Shown here: positions 61,101 to 64,000 of the stretch, in pieces | How positions within the stretch are numbered: the first letter of the stretch is position 1 | Layout of the letters: every line of letters starts with the position of its first letter | Assembly: GCA_964106645.2 (NCBI GenBank) | Contig: OZ067038.1 | From: Podarcis pityusensis | Lineage: Eukaryota | Direction: 5' to 3' (one strand) | Length of the DNA stretch: 64,000 nt | Translations under genes and position numbers: made by a program | The notes under the pieces: model-generated | Told to the model about the DNA's origin: nothing | Databases searched by the model: none | Seen by the model: the letters and a program-made list of their open reading frames with translations, nothing else

Positions 61101-61520
61101 ACCTTTACCTTTTACCTTGGACTGCAGAAATAGGGAAGTTGTTAAGCACCTGATAAGCAAAATACACAAGCTGTATAGGTCTGCATTAGACAATGTTTGA
61201 CTAGCACAGTGCATGTAAATTTCATTTCAATTATTTTTATGTTTTGTGGAGGGCTGGGCGAAATATTGCGAAAACATAGTTTTATGGCAAAGCTTAAATC
61301 TTACTGTTTGCTAAAATAAGTATGTATATTCTCCAGATAGCTGTCAACTCAAGATATGCATGGCCCACTGTTACAAAATATGGATTTAAGATTGAGGACA
61401 ATGGCTTCATGTATATTATTGAAACTCCGACAAATACTAAAATTCAGTGGTTTCATACCACTGGGGTGATGGTAATAGAACTTAATGCAACCAGTGATCC
61501 AAAAGCAATGGGACTGTGTG
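241..61520 (+). CDS. OTOG: Otogelin, partial multi-exon CDS (37 exons in window; 5' and 3' ends outside)
   Basis: Spliced 37 GT-AG exons with matching phases, 7903 nt, no stop. Peptides match recalled otogelin ([69 protein letters not shown]). The large TSP exon distinguishes it from OTOGL. Confidence 0.96.
363..480 (+). mobile_element. Short LINE-type 3' tail followed by (ATAATG)n
   Basis: ccagagtggctggggaaacccag...ggggtataaa motif recurs at ~14340-14390 (-), ~18478-18545 (+) and ~60510-60575 (-). Confidence 0.6.
2651..2743 (+). CDS. OTOG: OTOG exon, EGF-like ([30 protein letters not shown])
   Basis: ttag| ... A|gtgagt; 93 nt, phase 1-1. Confidence 0.93.
2977..3221 (+). mobile_element. Tc1/mariner (Tigger-like) MITE
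   Basis: TA|CAGT...ACTG|TA, imperfect TIRs, CpG-rich; same family as 16214-16451. Confidence 0.85.
3462..3616 (+). CDS. OTOG: OTOG exon, vWD1 start ([16 protein letters not shown]...SFSIQ)
   Basis: atag| ... CAA|gtgaga; 155 nt. Confidence 0.94.
4034..4270 (+). mobile_element. Older tRNA-derived SINE (Squam3-like)
   Basis: Box A/B-like head, gggtgatcttgggccagtcac core shared with 51581 SINE, (aatg)n tail. Confidence 0.7.
4790..5310. mobile_element. Nested CR1-like LINE 3' fragments (+ copy ~4930-5262 inside a - copy)
   Basis: CR1-type 3' motifs in both orientations; similar to 16560-16735 and 26570-27140; ends approximate. Confidence 0.6.
5542..5660 (+). CDS. OTOG: OTOG exon, vWD1 ([30 protein letters not shown]...)
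   Basis: gcag| ... GG|gtaaat; 119 nt. Confidence 0.93.
5817..6058. mobile_element. Tc1/mariner-type MITE
   Basis: TIR CAGTGGTACCTC(T/G)GGTTAC at both ends, TA TSD. Confidence 0.9.
6457..6796 (-). mobile_element. Sauria SINE
   Basis: (ACCTTT)n tail on -, tRNA-like head, 13-bp TSD TGCCTGTTTGATA at 6444-6456 and 6797-6809. Confidence 0.88.
6875..7080 (+). CDS. OTOG: OTOG exon, vWD1 (IQLPYTIG...THGLCGNNN...TSY)
   Basis: ccag| ... G|gtgagt; 206 nt. Confidence 0.95.
7737..7870 (+). CDS. OTOG: OTOG exon ([13 protein letters not shown]...QTFLQ)
   Basis: ctag| ... CAG|gtaggc; 134 nt. Confidence 0.93.
9151..9285. mobile_element. hAT-type palindromic MITE
   Basis: CAGGCA...TGCCTG termini, long internal inverted repeat; same family as 58350 and 59023. 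Confidence 0.85.
9559..9665 (+). CDS. OTOG: OTOG exon, C8-1 ([23 protein letters not shown]...NDLC)
   Basis: tcag| ... AT|gtaagt; 107 nt. Confidence 0.93.
10324..10433 (+). CDS. OTOG: OTOG exon, C8-1 ([23 protein letters not shown]...FKEC)
   Basis: taag| ... G|gtatgc; 110 nt. Confidence 0.93.
10360..10528 (+). repeat. 169-bp direct duplication, copy 1 (3' 74 nt of exon + 95 nt intron)
   Basis: Ungapped match to 11051-11219, 8 mismatches. Confidence 0.97.
10529..11050 (+). mobile_element. GC-richer insertion, probable 3' end of a retroelement (family uncertain)
   Basis: Lies exactly between the two 169-bp copies; CpG-containing unlike host intron; AATAAA at 10955 followed by GT/T-rich tract. 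Confidence 0.65.
11051..11219 (+). repeat. 169-bp direct duplication, copy 2 (orphan half-exon with intact donor at 11125)
   Basis: Ungapped match to 10360-10528. Confidence 0.97.
11396..11521 (+). CDS. OTOG: OTOG exon, TIL1 ([17 protein letters not shown]...GCYCPD)
   Basis: ccag| ... G|gtaatg; 126 nt. Confidence 0.94.
11834..12079 (-). mobile_element. L2-like LINE ORF2 C-terminal fragment
   Basis: Minus strand reads [12 protein letters not shown]...KLQLV*NAAARLL...[10 protein letters not shown]...[23 protein letters not shown]. Confidence 0.85.
12567..12675 (+). CDS. OTOG: OTOG exon ([20 protein letters not shown]...ECNN)
   Basis: ttag| ... TG|gttagt; 109 nt. Confidence 0.93.
13454..13500 (+). 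CDS. OTOG: OTOG exon ([15 protein letters not shown])
   Basis: tcag| ... CAG|gtatgt; 47 nt. Confidence 0.92.
13792..13937 (+). CDS. OTOG: OTOG exon, vWD2 start ([20 protein letters not shown]...CGQ)
   Basis: ttag| ... CAG|gtaaga; 146 nt. Confidence 0.95.
15886..16044. repeat. Complex local tandem/templated duplication
   Basis: ttgattggacatcttgaaaat x3, tacaatatataaggatttgatt x3, plus 23 nt copied from 14938-14960. Confidence 0.9.
16046..16475 (-). mobile_element. tRNA-derived SINE interrupted by a mariner MITE
   Basis: ggcagcttcctatg tail and tRNA-like head on -; related copy on + at ~63545-63790. Confidence 0.65.
16214..16451 (-). mobile_element. Tc1/mariner-type MITE (inverted relative of 2977-3221)
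   Basis: TA|CAGT...ACTG|TA; roughly 80% identical by eye to the reverse complement of 2977-3221. Confidence 0.87.
16560..16735 (+). mobile_element. CR1-like LINE 3' end
   Basis: ggccactgtgagaacaggatgct...gcctgatccagcaggctcttcttat terminal motif. Confidence 0.7.
16950..17082 (+). CDS. OTOG: OTOG exon, vWD2 ([14 protein letters not shown]...PYID)
   Basis: gtag| ... G|gtaagt; 133 nt. Confidence 0.94.
17936..18113 (+). CDS. OTOG: OTOG exon, vWD2 ([11 protein letters not shown]...[14 protein letters not shown])
   Basis: ctag| ... TT|gtatgt; 178 nt. Confidence 0.94.
18676..18800 (+). CDS. OTOG: OTOG exon ([18 protein letters not shown]...DIHLQS)
   Basis: aaag| ... CAG|gtaagt; 125 nt; atypical purine-rich acceptor. 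Confidence 0.92.
19679..19891 (+). CDS. OTOG: OTOG exon, C8-2 ([10 protein letters not shown]...VPEC)
   Basis: acag| ... G|gtaagt; 213 nt. Confidence 0.94.
21079..21244 (+). CDS. OTOG: OTOG exon, TIL2 ([20 protein letters not shown]...RCVQ)
   Basis: ctag| ... CA|gtaggt; 166 nt. Confidence 0.92.
22111..22185 (+). CDS. OTOG: OTOG exon ([24 protein letters not shown])
   Basis: atag| ... TG|gtaagg; 75 nt. Confidence 0.93.
22591..22740 (+). mobile_element. 5'-truncated Sauria SINE
   Basis: Sauria body and ACCTTT tail; 14-bp TSD tttaata(a/c)tcaatt at 22577-22590 and 22741-22754. Confidence 0.85.
22943..22986 (+). CDS. OTOG: OTOG exon ([14 protein letters not shown])
   Basis: tcag| ... G|gtatgt; 44 nt. 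Confidence 0.9.
23757..23907 (+). CDS. OTOG: OTOG exon, D'/TIL ([13 protein letters not shown]...GCMCPQ)
   Basis: gtag| ... GG|gtaagt; 151 nt. Confidence 0.94.
24711..24741. repeat. (TG)n microsatellite
   Basis: Direct reading. Confidence 0.95.
25618..25674. repeat. 19-bp tandem repeat x3 (taacatagacagaatgtaa)
   Basis: Three units, one mismatch. Confidence 0.93.
26570..27140 (-). mobile_element. CR1 LINE 3' fragment
   Basis: Minus strand [22 protein letters not shown], typical CR1 ORF2 C-terminus, then 3' UTR. Confidence 0.8.
27981..28319 (-). mobile_element. Relatively young L2-like LINE 3' end
   Basis: (TTA)n tail on -, GC-rich ORF2 end; approximate TSD gttaat(a/c)ataat. Confidence 0.7.
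28679..28786 (+). CDS. OTOG: OTOG exon ([26 protein letters not shown]...CHT)
   Basis: atag| ... TG|gtgagt; 108 nt. Confidence 0.94.
30654..31179 (-). mobile_element. Non-LTR retrotransposon 3' end with degenerate C-terminal zinc knuckle
   Basis: Minus strand [31 protein letters not shown]...; AATAAA tail; TSD gtaaatat(t/g)tat at 30642-30653 and 31180-31191. Confidence 0.75.
32005..32143 (+). CDS. OTOG: OTOG exon, vWD3 start (ICYHGSFEC...[10 protein letters not shown]...YLVK)
   Basis: ccag| ... AAG|gtaaga; 139 nt. Confidence 0.94.
32440..32574 (+). CDS. OTOG: OTOG exon, vWD3 ([16 protein letters not shown]...DDDTGDP)
   Basis: gcag| ... CCG|gtaagc; 135 nt. Confidence 0.93.
33070..33460 (+). 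mobile_element. Degraded L2-like LINE fragment
   Basis: [10 protein letters not shown] / LQLVQNAA-type coding remnants; ends approximate. Confidence 0.6.
33627..33773 (+). CDS. OTOG: OTOG exon, vWD3 (SPLSYLDK...[16 protein letters not shown])
   Basis: acag| ... CAG|gtaaga; 147 nt. Confidence 0.94.
34207..34326 (+). CDS. OTOG: OTOG exon, vWD3 ([11 protein letters not shown]...FGSSWAAVE)
   Basis: ttag| ... GAG|gtaaat; 120 nt. Confidence 0.95.
34957..35011. repeat. (CA)n(GA)n microsatellite
   Basis: Direct reading; (GAGT)n also at ~34723-34750. Confidence 0.95.
35117..35233 (+). CDS. OTOG: OTOG exon, C8-3 ([11 protein letters not shown]...SCHPV)
   Basis: tcag| ... GTG|gtaagt; 117 nt. Confidence 0.94.
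36417..36573 (+). CDS. OTOG: OTOG exon, C8-3 ([27 protein letters not shown]...RLC)
   Basis: tcag| ... C|gtaagt; 157 nt. Confidence 0.95.
37456..37482 (+). CDS. OTOG: OTOG 27-nt micro-exon (PYDCEYINK)
   Basis: Long pyrimidine tract ...ccttttag|, AAG|gtaagc; phase 1-1; matches recalled PYDCDFFNK. Confidence 0.9.
40367..40534 (+). CDS. OTOG: OTOG exon, AbfB region ([10 protein letters not shown]...YKPKAH)
   Basis: acag| ... G|gtaaac; 168 nt, phase 1-1. Confidence 0.93.
40988..41144. mobile_element. Penelope-like element remnant forming a perfect palindrome
   Basis: 15-bp TSD agctgtagaattagt (40973-40987, 41145-41159); 52-bp inverted arms; ggtagccgtgttggtctg / taaaggtgctac motifs recalled from squamate PLE ends. 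Confidence 0.75.
43137..43171. repeat. (TTTA)n microsatellite
   Basis: Direct reading. Confidence 0.93.
44049..44327 (+). CDS. OTOG: OTOG exon, AbfB region ([16 protein letters not shown]...LFKLV)
   Basis: ccag| ... G|gtaagt; 279 nt, phase 1-1; SFES..P.YF motif typical of AbfB repeats. Confidence 0.94.
45530..46330 (-). mobile_element. Degraded L2/CR1-clade reverse transcriptase fragment
   Basis: ORF 45360..45851(-) contains [20 protein letters not shown] (GVPQGSILSP.LFNIY motif); ends approximate. Confidence 0.8.
50026..50143 (+). CDS. OTOG: OTOG exon, TIL3 ([26 protein letters not shown]...VP)
   Basis: ctag| ... AA|gtaagt; 118 nt. Confidence 0.93.
51581..51864 (+). mobile_element. Young tRNA-derived SINE (Squam3/lacertid type) with (TTC)n tail
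   Basis: Box A tggtgtagtggtt, box B gggttcgcatctcc, CpGs retained, pure (TTC)n tail. Confidence 0.85.
51945..52024 (+). CDS. OTOG: OTOG exon ([26 protein letters not shown])
   Basis: ttag| ... T|gtacgt; 80 nt. Confidence 0.94.
52828..56021 (+). CDS. OTOG: OTOG giant exon, Thr/Ser/Pro-rich mucin-like (TSP) domain, ~1064 aa
   Basis: tcag|GC ATT GAA CCT ... TGT GTA|gtgagt; 3194 nt open; overlaps ORF 52914..56120. Confidence 0.94.
57180..57348 (+). CDS. OTOG: OTOG exon ([16 protein letters not shown]...CCPKWECA)
   Basis: ttag| ... T|gtaagt; 169 nt. Confidence 0.94.
57830..58570 (+). mobile_element. Degraded L2-like LINE 3' portion
   Basis: [21 protein letters not shown] and [13 protein letters not shown] remnants; AATAAA tail; ends approximate. 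Confidence 0.75.
58350..58454. mobile_element. hAT-type MITE (internally deleted)
   Basis: CAGGCA...TGCCTG, 8-bp TSD CTTTAAAG. Confidence 0.85.
58764..58909 (+). CDS. OTOG: OTOG exon, vWD4 start ([15 protein letters not shown]...KIHM)
   Basis: tcag| ... ATG|gtaatg; 146 nt. Confidence 0.93.
59023..59158. mobile_element. hAT-type palindromic MITE
   Basis: Near-complete hairpin, 8-bp TSD CATTAATG. Confidence 0.88.
59482..59571 (+). CDS. OTOG: OTOG exon, vWD4 ([30 protein letters not shown])
   Basis: tcag| ... AAG|gtaaag; 90 nt. Confidence 0.92.
60745..61116 (+). mobile_element. Full-length Sauria SINE
   Basis: gggacgcgggtggcgctgtgg head, ACCTTT tail, 13-bp TSD TTGGACTGCAGAA at 60732-60744 and 61117-61129. 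Confidence 0.92.
61337..61520 (+). CDS. OTOG: OTOG exon, vWD4 ([10 protein letters not shown]...AMGLC)
   Basis: ccag| ... G|gtaagc; 184 nt; next exon not found in window. Confidence 0.94.
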
Positions 61521-62056
61521 GTAAGCAACTTTAGTAAGATTGTGATGTTACATCTGGTAAATGTGGGAAGTGCTCCACACTTGGTTTTTCACAACTTTTG
61601 TTAGAGCATGTATAGTAAGGTTAAAGATATTCAGAAGACAGAAAATGAAAATATGATTATTTTGGAAGCTGCTACTCTGTTGATTACTGAAGTGATTAAA
61701 ATGATTCAGGAAGAGAGAGAAAATGCCAGGTTTGCCAATCGATAAACTGCAGGCTGGTTTTAATCCCTTGGGGATCAGATTTCAGGTAGCCGTGGATAAG
61801 GCAAGTTTGCTTCCTAATTTAGAGCATTTGAAACCGAGGCATGAATGCTGAAGCAACATGGAAGTAAATAGGACTGCAATAAAGAGAAAATGTATCTTAC
61901 TGAACTTTCCATAAAGCAAAGAAAAAAAATAATGCTTAGAGATTTGTTGCCTACTCTGTGCTAACATAGAGGTTACTAAGTAGAATGTAATACAAGGGTC
62001 CAATTTTTAATAATTGGTGGAATTTCAAATAAATGTCAAATAAATGTGTTTTCCCC

Positions 62057-62059
<3 letters not shown>

Positions 62060-62093
<34 letters not shown>
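62060..62093. repeat. (CA)n microsatellite
   Basis: Direct reading. Confidence 0.95.
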
Positions 62094-62095
<2 letters not shown>

Positions 62096-63662
62096 CTGGG
62101 AAAGGGAATAATGGAGATCAGAATTCTTCTTTGCTACTGAGAATAGAAGAAAGGTGTGAACATAGTCAATAATTAATTAATTAATTAATTATTAATTGCA
62201 TTTTTATACCAGCCTTCCTCAATGTTGAGCTCATAGTACAGTAAGACTAAAACAGCAATTACATAAATCAAGTCTGCTGGATTAGACCAATAGCCCAGCT
62301 AGTTCAGCATCCTGCGCTAACAACGGCCAACCAGATGCCTATGGGAAGCCCCAAAATAAATACACACCCATCCTATAAAACATGCATTAGTTACTTAAAA
62401 ACAAAATTAAAACAATGCTGCGAAATCCTTTTGAATAGAGATGCATATGATCAAACCTAGAGTTTTGTAGAAGCCAAGCTGGTGGGACTAAGGTACAGTC
62501 ATCTGACCTACCTTGCAACCACTCATGGAGCAGAATGTCTGGAGGGTCACCCCTTCCATTGTACAGCTCAAAACACTGTACATATCCTCAGGGCGCATTA
62601 TATTTAGTCATACATTTTATTGGAACACCAGTTATTCACTTAGAATCAGTCCAAGTTACAGAATTAGTTCAGATATATGGGTACCAAAAAGCTCGCAGCT
62701 CATAAAGGTTATGCTGGAATTGCTCTTAAGCCTGTTTGGTATGTGCACATGGCTTCATTCTTTCTGGAAGTTCTAACCTTGGATGATATGTTTGGTATAG
62801 GCTCTTGGAAGCATGATATCTATTGATATAAATCTTAGCTTTGACACTTGAATTATCGTTGCTGGAAGGCTTGGATGCAAAGTCCATCATTACAGTGGCT
62901 AGCTTGCCAAGTTTCATAAAGGGCAAATATGTGTAGCAACAGTATGAAATATCAGTGATACTTAGTCAGATTTCAATGCATGCAAACAGTAATGTTCCTA
63001 CAGAGAAGAGGCGCTTGAAATAAATGTTAGCACTATTTGTTCTTATTCTGAGTTGTTAGTTTGACTAGTTTCTAATTTATTTTTTCTTAATGTCAGTTTT
63101 AAATTTTAAAGTATAAATTGAGAAAAGGCAATGCTTTAATGGACTTCGCATATGCCAAAGTCTTAACCATGGTTTCTTACTTAAAGCTGCCTTGCTTTAG
63201 AAAATCCAGATAAATACTTACTTGGTAATACATTCCATTGAAGTTGATGTGACTGACTTGAAATTAAGCTTGATTAGGAATGAAATGCTAGACAGAACTT
63301 GATTGAACAAGACATTTTATGATAGATTCTAGAATCTAGAAGGCCACAATAGGATGCTTATTAAAATGCTATCCACTTCACTGTGCTTCATCTCTTTCCT
63401 GTACCCACCTTGCATTTCTGCAAAGCAGTCTCCCCCACCCCAGAAGTTTAGTCCTATTTCATAAAAGAGGGAATATTTTAAATAAAGGAAAGTTGGCCTA
63501 AAGCAGCTATGTAAAAACAGCTGCTGCTAGACTGCACATATGATAGAGAAGGGTGGTAGTTCAGTGACAGAATATGTGTTTGGCATGCAAAAGGTCCCTG
63601 GTTCAGTGCCTGCCATTCTCAAGAAGAGCTTAGGAAAAAATACTGTCTGAAATCCTGGAGAT

Positions 63663-63766
63663 TGCCAGTCAATCTAGACTCTAACCAGTACTGAACCCAG
63701 TACCCCCAGTACCCAGCACTGCCAGTCAATCTAGACTCTAACCAGTACTGAACCCAGTACCCCCAG
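63663..63766. repeat. 47-bp exact direct duplication within an old SINE
   Basis: 63663-63709 = 63720-63766, 10-nt spacer. Confidence 0.92.
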
Positions 63767-64000
63767 GGGTTACTCAATAGGACGTAGTACCCATCTCTAT
63801 TTTGGTTAAAAAGTGTGACACTTACTGTAACAACTTCATGGTGAGTACTGGCACCTACTTTTCTAGGAGAAAAACTCAGAGTGGATCCAATATAATCTTG
63901 CTTCCTACATCCTTAAATAGTACTAGGGGTTGACACAGAATGTACTTTTCAAATTGACAATTATTCTCCCCCAATCATGAGATATTTCATAAAGAATTAT

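Noticed and set aside
241-61520. Alternative identity as OTOGL, vWF or a gel-forming mucin
   Set aside because: EGF-D1-D2-D3-AbfB plus a TSP domain and diagnostic peptides fit OTOG. OTOGL lacks the TSP region, and there is no GDPH or CGLCG motif.

Overview
Vertebrate (squamate, most likely lacertid lizard, judged from Sauria SINEs and associated repeats) genomic DNA lying entirely inside one + strand gene, otogelin (OTOG). I reconstructed 37 consecutive GT-AG coding exons from 241 to 61520. They total 7903 nt (2634 codons + 1 nt), are phase-consistent and have no internal stop. They encode EGF-like, vWD1-C8-TIL, vWD2-C8-TIL, D', vWD3-C8, AbfB, TIL, a 3194-bp Thr/Ser/Pro mucin-like exon and most of vWD4. 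The start and stop codons lie outside the window. Introns carry SINEs, L2/CR1/other LINE fragments, mariner-type and hAT-type MITEs, a Penelope-like palindromic remnant and microsatellites. The most notable oddity is a ~520-bp insertion flanked by a 169-bp direct duplication that starts inside a coding exon, so the exon stayed intact and a decoy half-exon with a donor site was left downstream. Other oddities are a perfect 52-bp hairpin with a 15-bp TSD, a MITE with inverted rather than direct flanks, a templated-insertion repair scar, and an AbfB domain inserted as symmetric exons into a TIL loop. No novel multi-gene system is evident. Family names and human comparisons come from recall, not database searches.
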